Of a stretch of 64,000 bases of DNA, positions 30,409 through 40,011 are shown in pieces. Position 1 is the first letter of the stretch. Every line of letters begins with the position of its first letter. The translations under genes were made by a program, and so were the position numbers. Location: assembly GCA_964473825.1 (NCBI GenBank), contig CAYYQL010000007.1, forward strand, positions 46,440 through 110,439, given 5' to 3'. The notes under the pieces are model-generated. The model made no database searches, was not told the DNA's origin, and saw only the letters and a program-made list of their open reading frames with translations. The DNA is from an uncultured archaeon (GTDB lineage Archaea > Asgardarchaeota > Thorarchaeia > Thorarchaeales > Thorarchaeaceae).

Positions 30409-30866
30409 ATGACCTCTATGTGAGGATCACCGACACCTGAACCTGTAGGAGGATCGAAGATATGAGAGGTTTCAGTGTAACCAAGCACCGATCCGCCGTA
30501 GGCGATTGCAGTAATGTCAAGATTGTACCAGCCCGACTCCCATGCGGAATCATACCAGAAGATTCTCATGCGAATCTCAGAGAATCTTCCGATCAGCTGT
30601 ATTAGGCCGTAATGCTCGAACCCTGATGGCAATCTCAAGACAAGATAGTACTCGGAGTACCGAGGGCAGGGAGCGTGTGGAGGCACTGTCAAAGTCAAAT
30701 CTATCAGAACATCATCTTCGATTCCATCGGAATCGAGATCTGCATAGGTAGCGTAGTCTACAGTCACTTCCAATCTGCTTGTGGATGCAGACACTCGAGG
30801 TGCTGACATTAACACGAGAACCAAAGTCACGAGGGCAATCAGACCATGTCGCTTTGTCAGTCTCAT
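30399..30866 (-). CDS. Secreted hypothetical protein with a DxDxDG Ca-binding-like motif
   Basis: Signal peptide MRLTKRHGLIALVTLVLVLMSAPRVSA; DLDSDGIEDD; beta-rich. The ATG lies about 25 nt downstream of a TATA box (leaderless). Confidence 0.7.
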   Translation of the reverse strand: MRLTKRHGLIALVTLVLVLMSAPRVSASTSRLEVTVDYATYADLDSDGIEDDVLIDLTLTVPPHAPCPRYSEYYLVLRLPSGFEHYGLIQLIGRFSEIRMRIFWYDSAWESGWYNLDITAIAYGGSVLGYTETSHIFDPPTGSGVGDPHIEVMCW

Positions 30867-30873
30867 GAAGTGT

Positions 30874-30897
30874 GGATTATGCAAGTCAACTTATATA
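30874..30897 (-). promoter_or_regulatory. TATA box plus TTGCATAATCC motif upstream of the secreted-protein gene
   Basis: Minus strand TATATAAGTTGACTTGCATAATCC; the same 11-mer occurs at the same TATA spacing at 32953-32975. Confidence 0.6.
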
Positions 30898-30915
30898 CAT
30901 TCTTGAATAATTCCC

Positions 30916-30944
30916 AAAAAAAGAAGGTGGGGGGCAGAGCCCCC
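30916..30944 (-). terminator. Hairpin plus oligo-T terminator after the S8 protease gene
   Basis: Minus strand GGGGGC-TCT-GCCCCC stem followed by CACCTTCTTTTTTT immediately after the stop codon. Confidence 0.7.
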
Positions 30945-30948
30945 GTTA

Positions 30949-32904
30949 CTATATACTGAATGTCTTGGAGGTTTCGACATTTGCTGAGGAGTCGTATGTA
31001 TAACTCGAATGTGTGACTCCCGTTACCGTTACTGTGTACGAGCCCTTGGCGGTCTTGCCTAGGTCAAACACAGCCACGCCATCACTTCCTGTGGTGGTGG
31101 TGAAGGTACTCACCGATCCACTCGGATACTGAACGTCAATAGTGACGGTGGCTCCGCTCACAGGGTTGCCGTTTTGGTCAACTATGGACACATAGATGGT
31201 CAGCCAGGCGTTAGGACCTCGATAGGTGGCTTGGTAGGTGATACTGGATACATGCATGTAATCATCAGTAGAACCTCCACCATTATCGACAGTTACGCCA
31301 TTGCTGTCCGAAGCTATCTGGGAATTGGTGTCTGTAGCACGAGCTGAAACAGTATGACTGCCGTCAGAGTAGGCAGTTGTGTCCCAATCGTAGTAGTAGT
31401 AATCACCATCGATATTGTTGGTGATGTCTACCCAGCTTCCAGAGTCAATCCGAACCTCTACTTTCGAAACGCCATTGTCGTCGGCAGCATTCACATAGAC
31501 CCGATAGACACCGCTGATTGTTTCACCTTCGGCTGGTGCAACAATCGAGCATGACGGAGGATTGTCAGTAGTGCCGCCGCCACCTGTGACATAGTCGAGT
31601 GCATCTTTTGCCTGAGCGATACCGTATCCGTACGTGTTGTCAGGACCTTCCTCGCCCTTATCAAGAGCTGTGGTTGTCAGGACATTCTTTACGTCGAAAG
31701 AGCTGAGAGTGTTGTCAGCCTGACGTATCAATGCACCAATGCCTGCCGCCATAGGCGTCGCCATTGATGTACCACTGTATGTCACATATCCATTTCCGCT
31801 GTTGGCCTCTGCAGCGGTGATTGATGATCCTGCAGCACATATCTCTGGCTTCAGCCGGCCATCACCAGTTGGCCCCTCATTGCTGAAACTCGAATGAGAG
31901 CCATCGTCATTCACCGAACCAACGGTGATTGCGTAACGGGAAGCGGCCGGGCAACCAATGGTGTTGTAGCCGTACAGCATCTCAGGACGACCGTGATTTC
32001 CAGCGGCCACGAACAGGGCAACATTGGACTCCATTATGGAGTCGGCCATGAGACAAATCTCGTCAGTTCCATCACATGAAGAGGACGGGTTAGTTCCAAG
32101 GCTCATTGAGGCGATGTCAATACTGTAGGTGGTTCTGTAATCAATGACCCATTGCATTCCAGCAAGTACGCCCTCCAATGAGCCGCCACCACCAGAATCT
32201 AGCACTTTAACACCCACCAGCTGTGCAGCATATGCTACACCGCGGTATCGTGAGTCGGCCTCACCAGTCCCTGCTGCGATGCTGGCACAATGCGTTCCAT
32301 GTCCATTATCGTCGTAAGCAGAAACAGGAGCCGATAGGTCATCTTGCCCGTTTACAAAGTCTTTGAATGCAATGACCTTGTAGTTGTTGTAGGCGTCATT
32401 GTCATCAAGGTCAACGTGTGAGTTGTCAATTCCGGTGTCGATAATCGCAATCACCATGCCCTCTCCGCGATACGGATACGACTGATACGCCTCAGGTATC
32501 TGAACAACAGGGGTGCCGCTATCTAATGTAGCACGGACCTCAGTTTCCGCATCAGATATTCGAATGACATCAGTCATCTTTGTCAATAGAGGTACATTCC
32601 GGACAGGAATGGATATCGACATGGCTCCTATTGCATCATAGCGATACCGAACGGTTGCATCCAATCCAGCCAACATATCCTCCAGGCTTGGACTGGCGGT
32701 TACGATGACTGACACATATTCATTTCTTTCAAGACTAGCAAGCTTGCTCTCGAAGCTGTCAACAATCTTGTTACCGTTCATGTCCCAGGCAGTGACCTGG
32801 ACTGAGTCAGTTCCGACTTCGATACTCAGTAGACCAGCAACAGTTGTCGCAGCAAAGAGAAAAGTGAAGACAAAAGCAGCAATCTTGAGACTCTTCTTAT
32901 TCAA
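30949..32904 (-). CDS. Secreted S8 subtilisin-like serine protease with C-terminal Ig-like domains
   Basis: Signal peptide and propeptide; catalytic triad IIDTGID / HGTHCAS / GTSMATP; two Thr/Ser-rich beta-sandwich domains after Gly linkers. Confidence 0.93.
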   Translation of the reverse strand: MNKKSLKIAAFVFTFLFAATTVAGLLSIEVGTDSVQVTAWDMNGNKIVDSFESKLASLERNEYVSVIVTASPSLEDMLAGLDATVRYRYDAIGAMSISIPVRNVPLLTKMTDVIRISDAETEVRATLDSGTPVVQIPEAYQSYPYRGEGMVIAIIDTGIDNSHVDLDDNDAYNNYKVIAFKDFVNGQDDLSAPVSAYDDNGHGTHCASIAAGTGEADSRYRGVAYAAQLVGVKVLDSGGGGSLEGVLAGMQWVIDYRTTYSIDIASMSLGTNPSSSCDGTDEICLMADSIMESNVALFVAAGNHGRPEMLYGYNTIGCPAASRYAITVGSVNDDGSHSSFSNEGPTGDGRLKPEICAAGSSITAAEANSGNGYVTYSGTSMATPMAAGIGALIRQADNTLSSFDVKNVLTTTALDKGEEGPDNTYGYGIAQAKDALDYVTGGGGTTDNPPSCSIVAPAEGETISGVYRVYVNAADDNGVSKVEVRIDSGSWVDITNNIDGDYYYYDWDTTAYSDGSHTVSARATDTNSQIASDSNGVTVDNGGGSTDDYMHVSSITYQATYRGPNAWLTIYVSIVDQNGNPVSGATVTIDVQYPSGSVSTFTTTTGSDGVAVFDLGKTAKGSYTVTVTGVTHSSYTYDSSANVETSKTFSI

Positions 32905-32952
32905 ATCATCTCTCTCCCAAGTGATGCACAGAAGTGCCCACTCTTAGCTTGC

Positions 32953-32977
32953 GGATTATGCAACTTGCTTTATATTT
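32953..32977 (-). promoter_or_regulatory. TATA box plus TTGCATAATCC motif upstream of the S8 protease gene
   Basis: Minus strand AAATATAAAGCAAGTTGCATAATCC; matches the element at 30874-30897. Confidence 0.6.
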
Positions 32978-33222
32978 CTACCGAAAATTTCCGCACAGCC
33001 TCGGATCTAACTAGCGTTGGTCATTTAGATTGGCAGCGAGGATGCGCTGGCCGCAACTCAGGAGTGCGCTGACTGACTGCTAAGTATACACTGGAGTCCT
33101 CCGAGAAACAACGAACGGTGGGAGAAATCCATTGATGTGCTGCTTCGTAGTGCAGACCCCCTTGGCCCAGAGTCCGCAACAGTGATATAAGACAGCACGA
33201 GTCCCTTTGAGGAAGGGACTGA

Positions 33223-35043
33223 ATGCCGATGAGAATACCACAGATCTCAGATGTGTTTGATGTTGCCGACTTGGAATTGGTTGAGCTATCTCATGACTGT
33301 CGGTTTCTCCTGGTCATGAGCAATAAGGAGAATGTACATCACGTCTATCAAGTCCCCATATCAAATACCAACATATGGACTGATCTTACGCCGGGAGAAG
33401 ATAGGGTCATCACGGGAAGTCTGTCATCCGATGACTCTCGCCTTCTGTTCTGGAGAGAGACTGCAGGAGATGAGAAGTACAACCTCTATGTCACAGACCT
33501 CGAGTCGCATGAACCATCTCTTCTGCTAGACCTAGATTCCATACGGGTCCAAAAGGCTGACTGGACGCCAGATGACAGTGGCGTGCTGTTTCATGGTTCA
33601 TCGGCTTCAGAGATGGCTCTTAGATTCTTCAGTCTGTCAGAAAGGGAAGTAGTCACTATCTATGAAACTGAACTGATGGCGTCAATGGGTTTTGTCAATC
33701 CCGAGAAACCACTGGTGACATACAACGAACGGACGCCTGATCATCCGACAGCCATGGACACTAAGATAATCGACTACGCAGAAGGGGAGGTCGTAGACAC
33801 AATCTCCGAGGGCGAAAACAGCAGAGACTATGACTTAGGATAGAACGCTGATGGATCCAAGCTTCTGATCTGGACTAACGCGCCTGGGGCGCCAACGATT
33901 GCCATCTGGGATATGGAGTCATCAGAGAGTATTCACTCTCGCGCAACAGAACTCGGACTGGGGATTGACTACGAAGTCGCCAAATGGATACCCGAAACAG
34001 ACGACATCCTCTATGCTGCCAAACTGAATGGAGAAACCAGACTCTTCAGAGAGAATGTCTTAGACTCCGAGGACCCCGTCGAGTTACCCCTTCCTAGAGG
34101 ATGGATCAGTGCGCTGAAGGTCGACAAGAACAATCCAGACACGGTCTTCCTGGCATGGTCTAACTCGGCCAGCCCCACGAGAATATGTGGGTACAATATG
34201 AAATCGGGCAACCTTGAAACCCTACTGGACTCCAAGCCCACAGACCTCAATGCCAAACTGGCACAGGGGGCGTTTCTCCGATATCCAACCTTCGATGACT
34301 CGAAGATACCATCTTTTGAAATTCCACCCAGTCCGGATGCACCGAAGCTGAAGGGAGAACCAATCATTATCCTTGTTCACGGAGGACCGTGGTGGGAGTT
34401 TTCAAACAGCTGGTCGGCTATGGGACTAGTCATCCAAGCGTACAGCACAGCAGGTTTCCGGGTCTTTTGTCCCAATATTCGCGGTAGCACTGGATACGGC
34501 GATGAGTTCATGTTCTGTAATATCGGCGACCTCGGCGGCGACGACCTCAAGGATGTTCTCTACGCAAGAAAGTTTCTGGAACAGAAGTATCCTAAGACCA
34601 AAAAGTTCTTCCTTACTGGAGCAAGCTATGGTGGGTTCATGACCTTCCTGACCTTGACCAAGCACCCAGGAGCCTTCGATGCCGGTGCTGCTGTGGTTGG
34701 TGTTACTGACTGGGTAGCGATGCACCGACTCGGTGATGCTATATTCAAACGATTCACTGAGAACTTTTTCGAAGGCCCTCCAGAGAGCAATATCGAGCTG
34801 TACAAAGACAGGTCCGCCATCAATTTCGTGGAGAATCTAGAAGACCCGCTTTTGATAGTCCACCGAGCCAATGACTCGAGGTGCCCTGTGGAGCCCATCT
34901 ACACCTTCACAGGAAAGGCCATCTCGCTCGGTAAGCCTGTTGAGATCTATGTGGAGAGAGAGGCCGGGCATGGAACGCAGAGGATGGACCACCTTCGTCA
35001 GCAATATGGCCGCGTAATCGAGTTCTTCCGCACGCGACTCTAG
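33223..35043 (+). pseudogene. S9 prolyl oligopeptidase / acylaminoacyl peptidase interrupted by an in-frame TAG at 33841-33843
   Basis: ORFs 33223-33843 and 33913-35043 share one frame and join as DLG*NADGSKLLIW. Beta-propeller plus HGGP, RGSTGYG, GASYGG, NDSRC and GHG motifs. Confidence 0.8.
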
Positions 35044-35061
35044 CCGCTGTGCTTGAGAGCG

Positions 35062-35646
35062 TCAGCTACGAAGTGCGCCAACGGTAGCCGCTGTCTGAAA
35101 CCAGAACGAAACGCGTACTAGGAGTTCTTCGAGAAACGCGGCTCTTCTGTCTGGCTTAAGGTCCTCCGGCCAGCCTTCGCTACGGTACTCGTTGAACTTC
35201 TCGAAAGTCTTGCCGTACTGTGTAGTCAGAGGAGTCTCAACCACCCTATCACACACAGTCACAAGAGCTCTCACGAAGAGAACAAAATCGAGGTCTAGTT
35301 TGAGAATCCATCTTGTGAACAGCTTGAAGAACTTCCGGTTGTTGATATGACTCCAGTCAATAGTCTTCAGGCCTTCTCTATCCGACCCCTCAATTCTCTC
35401 ACTGTTGAAATCGCAGTCGCGCTTGAAGGTGCAACGACCGCGAGCATAGACTTGCCGGTCAGATATCCAGATGAGAATTTCGTGTGGGCCCTTAGAACGC
35501 ATCATCTCTTTGTGTTCACCGGAGGGGAACATGAGCTCGACAACACGTGATTGCTTGAATGGCCCGCCCTTCTTGAAATAGAGATGCAGTGCTAAGGTTA
35601 CGGGCGGTAGAGTGTTGACCGGGTAATATTCATCAGGGTCGGGCAT
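35062..35646 (-). CDS. Hypothetical protein
   Basis: 194-aa ORF with natural composition, co-oriented downstream of the Rab-like GTPase; no motif recognised. Confidence 0.7.
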   Translation of the reverse strand: MPDPDEYYPVNTLPPVTLALHLYFKKGGPFKQSRVVELMFPSGEHKEMMRSKGPHEILIWISDRQVYARGRCTFKRDCDFNSERIEGSDREGLKTIDWSHINNRKFFKLFTRWILKLDLDFVLFVRALVTVCDRVVETPLTTQYGKTFEKFNEYRSEGWPEDLKPDRRAAFLEELLVRVSFWFQTAATVGALRS

Positions 35647-35745
35647 TGTCAGTAGAACTCAGTGTCAATCCCCTGATATGCCTTCTCCTTTTCCAAGTTA
35701 AAAAGAACCATGCAATTCAGGAGTCTTATCCGGACGAGTTCAATC

Positions 35746-36294
35746 TCAACCCGAACCGGACTCTCTGTTATGAACAAGGGTTGTTCCTAGCTGTTCGAAT
35801 ACATCAAGAATCCCCTCTCCGGTCTTGGCTGAAGATTCAACGTAAGGCATTCCGTGAGCGTCTGCGAACTCTCTGCCTTCAGATGGAGCAACGACCCTAT
35901 CAGGAAGGTCGGTCTTATTTGCCACTAGAACTAAGGGAATCTCCTTGCCGATTGCGGTTCTAAGTTCGTCGAGCCACTCCTCGAGTACGATAAATGTTCT
36001 GCGTCGGCTAACATCGTAGACCAGCAGTCCACCACTTGAACCTCGATAATACATCGGGCGAAGAATCTGAAAGCGGCTTTGTCCCGCCACGTCCCAGATC
36101 TGCAATTTCACAGTGAGTGGATTACCATGAATAGATGGAATCTCTATATTCTTGACTGCAAACTGACTTCCGATTGTTGTCTTGTAGTCAGTTCGAAAGA
36201 AACCATGAGAAAACCTAGTGACGATTGCAGTCTTTCCAACTGCTCCCTCACCGAGAACAACAACCTTGAACAGATAGTCATACGAGCTACTCAT
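35746..36294 (-). CDS. Rab-like small GTPase (eukaryotic signature protein)
   Basis: G1 GEGAVGKT, G2 TTIG, G3 WDVAGQ, G4 NKTD, G5 SAK; RabF-like IGSQF, KLQIW, RFQIL, YYRGS and LVYDVS. Confidence 0.93.
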   Translation of the reverse strand: MSSSYDYLFKVVVLGEGAVGKTAIVTRFSHGFFRTDYKTTIGSQFAVKNIEIPSIHGNPLTVKLQIWDVAGQSRFQILRPMYYRGSSGGLLVYDVSRRRTFIVLEEWLDELRTAIGKEIPLVLVANKTDLPDRVVAPSEGREFADAHGMPYVESSAKTGEGILDVFEQLGTTLVHNRESGSG

Positions 36295-36458
36295 CTAAGA
36301 GACCCCATTTCTGATTCTAATCTCATACCCGATACATAGCGTCTTCACCAGACGTAGGCAATTCTGGTTTGAGCTTCTAGACCCGATAGAACTTTCGCCG
36401 GCTAATAAGGTTTCGTCGGGCCAGCATGACCAAGACCAGAGAGGACTAAAGTGAAACG

Positions 36459-37253
36459 TCAGGTGGAGTTCTCAACCCATGTCAAGAACTTGCCAAGAAG
36501 CGGGTTGAAGACGTTAGGCATGTCTACCATGGGAGAGTGGTCCCCCTTCTTGATCATTGCGATATCCGAACGGGGTAGAAGTCTGTTCAACCTCTGTCCA
36601 ACGCCGGGCCGAAAGACATCATCATCCTCTCCGCAGATGACAAACGTAGGGATCTGGATATCACCCAGTCTTGGTGTGATGTCAAACCTATCGCAGGCCT
36701 TCAAATCCCTGCGCACTACTTCAGACTCGCTTTTCCCCAAGCTTCCTTCTCTCATACGAATTCGGTAGATGTTGGAGTGAACACTCGTCAGATGAGATGT
36801 TACAATGCTTAGATAACTCTCAAACGACTCTATCGCAAGACCAGGCAGTATTCTTGAGGTTTCAAGGTCGGGGGAGGTGGAAACGAGAGCAATTGCACGC
36901 GGTTGGCGCAACTGCTCGTTGAGAACATAGGCCATGACAATGGCTCCCCCCATGGAGTGACCAACAAACACAAAGTCCTTCAGGTCAAGATGTTCCACAA
37001 CCGCTGCAAGCTCGTAGACATATCCATTCTCTATGTCAGCTTCATCAGAAATATCATCAGAGAGACCATGACCCAACAGGTCGGGAACAATGACTCTGTG
37101 AGTCTTGACAAACTCATCTATCTGCATGCTCCAGATGAGGTGAGAAGTCCCGGCTCCGTGCAGAAAGACAACTGGGAAGCCGTTGGAGGGGTCGTCCCTC
37201 TCGTCAATGTCCAAGTAATGCATCCTGTGCCCGTGGTGGTTGAGAAAAGGCAT
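36459..37253 (-). CDS. Alpha/beta hydrolase
   Basis: FLHGAG, DLLGHGLS, GHSMGG, GEDD and GDH motifs. Confidence 0.9.
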   Translation of the reverse strand: MPFLNHHGHRMHYLDIDERDDPSNGFPVVFLHGAGTSHLIWSMQIDEFVKTHRVIVPDLLGHGLSDDISDEADIENGYVYELAAVVEHLDLKDFVFVGHSMGGAIVMAYVLNEQLRQPRAIALVSTSPDLETSRILPGLAIESFESYLSIVTSHLTSVHSNIYRIRMREGSLGKSESEVVRRDLKACDRFDITPRLGDIQIPTFVICGEDDDVFRPGVGQRLNRLLPRSDIAMIKKGDHSPMVDMPNVFNPLLGKFLTWVENST

Positions 37254-37366
37254 GATGTCCTCCTCATTCCATGTTACCGCACAGCGGACATATAGGTCTA
37301 TGTCGCTTGGTCGAATCAACGGTACCTTTTTCTCTGAGTGAGTGCAGCATCAGGCCGGTGGCTCAT

Positions 37367-38746
37367 ATGTCTGACAGGCTCTTTGGAACTACGGGCGTGC
37401 GGAAGGTCTACGGTGACGAGTTCTCCCTTGACATGGCTCTTGACCTTGGTCGGGCACTTGGTACATATCTGAAGAGAGGCGACGTGCTTCTTGCACGAGA
37501 TGCAAGGACCACCGGCTCCATGGTTGAAGATGCATTCTCAGCGGGCGTACTTTCAACAGGGGTCAACGTCGTGCGAGCCGGAGTGATTCCAACACCGACT
37601 CTGGCGTTTCTTACAAGCTATCTGGATATGGACACCGGAGTCATGGTCACAGCATCTCATAACCCCCCCGAGTACACGGGTATCAAGTTCTGGGGTTCGG
37701 ACAGCATGGGCTATACACCTGATATCGAAAGACGCCTCGAAGAGATATACCATTCTCGCGACTTCACAGCAGCAGCATGGGACAGACTGGGAGAGGAAGA
37801 ATATCTCGATGCGCCCGAGTGGACACACATCGATGCGATTGTGAAACGGACAGATGTTGCGGCCATCCATGAGAAACGATTCAAAGTGGTTGTGGACCCA
37901 GGGAATGGAGCGGCTTGTGTACTCACACCCTATCTCATGAGAGAGTTGGGTTGCAGCGTCATCACACTCAACGGCCAACTCGATGGACACTTCCCCGGTC
38001 GAGAGAGCGAACCGGATGAAACAACCCTTGTTGACCTGGCCAACATGGTCAAGTCATCGGGAGCCAATCTCGGCATCGCTCATGATGGGGATGGAGACAG
38101 GGTGGTGTTCGTCACTGAAAACGGAGAAATCGTCAGAGGAGACCGAACGATTGCGCTTCTTGCTCAAGATTTTCTCCAGAGAGAGCAGGGCGGAGTCATC
38201 GTCACCACTGTTGACAGCTCAAAGGTCGTGGATGAGACTGTTGAACAGGCAGGAGGTCGCATAATCAGGACGCCTGTCGGCGATATACAAGTCGCAGTCA
38301 AGATGAAGGAAGAGAAAGGCTTGTTCGGAGGAGAGGCATGCGGGGTCTTCATCCATCCAGACTTTCATCTGGCACCAGAGCCCTTTCTCACTTCATGCCG
38401 TATTCTTGAGATGATGGCATCACACGGAAAGGGTTTCGGAGAGCTGATCTCAGAGATACCTGTATATCCCCTCAAGAAGGCGAAACTGGAATGCCCCAAC
38501 AACAGGAAACCAGCAGTGATGGATAGACTTGCCGAAGTTCTACCAGATGAAATGGAGGAGATTACGGATATATTGACTGTGGACGGGCTTGGCATATCTC
38601 TCAAAGGGGGGTGGGTCCTTGTCAGACCGTCAGGTACCGAACCAGTCATCAGAATAACATGCGAAGCCCAGTCTGAAGAGGCCGTTCAGAAGATTCTTGA
38701 CAGAACGAGAAGTATCATCAGCAACACGATTGCGACGACTAATTGA
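37367..38746 (+). CDS. glmM: Phosphoglucosamine mutase / phosphohexomutase
   Basis: LFGTTGVR, TASHNP, DGDGDR, GGEACG and RPSGTEP motifs. Confidence 0.88.
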   Translation: MSDRLFGTTGVRKVYGDEFSLDMALDLGRALGTYLKRGDVLLARDARTTGSMVEDAFSAGVLSTGVNVVRAGVIPTPTLAFLTSYLDMDTGVMVTASHNPPEYTGIKFWGSDSMGYTPDIERRLEEIYHSRDFTAAAWDRLGEEEYLDAPEWTHIDAIVKRTDVAAIHEKRFKVVVDPGNGAACVLTPYLMRELGCSVITLNGQLDGHFPGRESEPDETTLVDLANMVKSSGANLGIAHDGDGDRVVFVTENGEIVRGDRTIALLAQDFLQREQGGVIVTTVDSSKVVDETVEQAGGRIIRTPVGDIQVAVKMKEEKGLFGGEACGVFIHPDFHLAPEPFLTSCRILEMMASHGKGFGELISEIPVYPLKKAKLECPNNRKPAVMDRLAEVLPDEMEEITDILTVDGLGISLKGGWVLVRPSGTEPVIRITCEAQSEEAVQKILDRTRSIISNTIATTN

Positions 38747-38837
38747 ACACCGAGGATGTAGAGAGCAAATCAGCAAATGCAGACAAGCTTTATAGCACAA
38801 CAGGGTCTCAAACACCTTGAAAACGAGGTCTCATATC

Positions 38838-39248
38838 ATGAGTAATGGCGATGATGATTTCATCAAATCAGAGTTTGAATGGGCTCTGAAGGACCCTACC
38901 GAAGAGAAGCTACGAGGCCTCGGTGAGATTGTTGATACTATCACTAAAAGGCTCGTTGGAGCAATAACTGAGCTTCAGAGCGACCTCTACGAGCTCCAGA
39001 CTGCCGTACAGAGTATGGAGTCGAAACTGAACTCGCTGGACTCCCGGGTGGCATCTGGAGGGGTTGCACCATCAGCTGCAGCCTCTGCATCCTCAACACC
39101 TTCCGCCGCAGGAGCTCCGGATGAACCCATGGCTAAAGCACCCACGCCCAAGCCGGCTCCGGCTGCAGGCCCGGGTGGCATGATGTCTGAACTGAAACAG
39201 CTCCTTGCTGCAAGGAGAAGAAAGGCTGAGGGCGGAGGCGGGGAATAG
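38838..39248 (+). CDS. Coiled-coil plus Pro/Ala-rich protein with a C-terminal Ena/VASP FAB/WH2-like motif
   Basis: Heptad coil (ITELQSDLYELQTAVQSMESKLNSLDSRV), low-complexity linker, terminal GGMMSELKQLLAARRRKA; GAGGT Shine-Dalgarno upstream. Confidence 0.75.
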   Translation: MSNGDDDFIKSEFEWALKDPTEEKLRGLGEIVDTITKRLVGAITELQSDLYELQTAVQSMESKLNSLDSRVASGGVAPSAAASASSTPSAAGAPDEPMAKAPTPKPAPAAGPGGMMSELKQLLAARRRKAEGGGGE

Positions 39249-39253
39249 CCCGC

Positions 39254-39928
39254 TCATATCAAGCGTCGGACATGATTTCTCGGATAGAACGGGCCGGCGT
39301 GTTTCAATAGAGAACTGGAGAATGCTTCAGCCCTCTCGCAGTCCGATTGGACTCCTCTCAACCGGGTTCGTACATCGTAGAATCTCTCGTAGTAACCGTC
39401 TGCCTTGCTAGTCTGGCTCTTGTGACAGCGTAATCCCTCCAGTGCGGTATCATAGCTCTCAGTGACATTGACCATCACGTTAGGTCGTGAGAGAAGGGTG
39501 TTGACTTCCATATGGTAGATACAACTGACTCGATGGGCTCTCTCGAACTGAGTCGCATGTGATGCCCATTCAGCTGCATCAGCAACAATCTTCGCACATG
39601 CTACATGGTTGTTATTGTAGTCCTGCTCGGAGTGGGTGATAATGATCTCCGGATGCCATTCGAGGATTGCCTCAATGATTCGCTTCTCCACACCCCTGTC
39701 AACAGCAAAGTCTTCCCGCTCTTCCGTCAGAAGATGACGGACACCAAGTATCTTGCTGGCCTCCTTCAGCTCTCTGTTTCGAGCTGGACTTCCCGTGAGG
39801 CACATCAGATCCACGTCTACTCCCTGACTGGTATGAAACGCTATCGTCCCACCGGCACCCAAGCATTCGTCATCGGGATGCGCAGTAACAACGAGAATAG
39901 AGCCATCGTCAAAGGAATTCATGGTCAT
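39254..39928 (-). CDS. bshB: PIG-L family de-N-acetylase, BshB-like
   Basis: AHPDDE.LGAGGT, RxxE, HxSQ and AEAF motifs; divergent from bshA. Confidence 0.78.
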   Translation of the reverse strand: MTMNSFDDGSILVVTAHPDDECLGAGGTIAFHTSQGVDVDLMCLTGSPARNRELKEASKILGVRHLLTEEREDFAVDRGVEKRIIEAILEWHPEIIITHSEQDYNNNHVACAKIVADAAEWASHATQFERAHRVSCIYHMEVNTLLSRPNVMVNVTESYDTALEGLRCHKSQTSKADGYYERFYDVRTRLRGVQSDCERAEAFSSSLLKHAGPFYPRNHVRRLI

Positions 39929-40011
39929 CCCAGACCCAGTTTTACTAATCAAGCTTTGGCCCAACCATTCGTCTTAAAACCCACCGTTTGCTGTTCAGTA
40001 CTGTGACCAAC

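Noticed and set aside
32980-33220. Intergenic region checked for a tRNA or other ncRNA
   Set aside because: No cloverleaf or T-loop consensus and no convincing stems; probably divergent promoter DNA.
33223-35043. Genome-wide amber recoding
   Set aside because: Many intact genes in the window end at TAG at their expected C-termini; only one internal TAG was seen.
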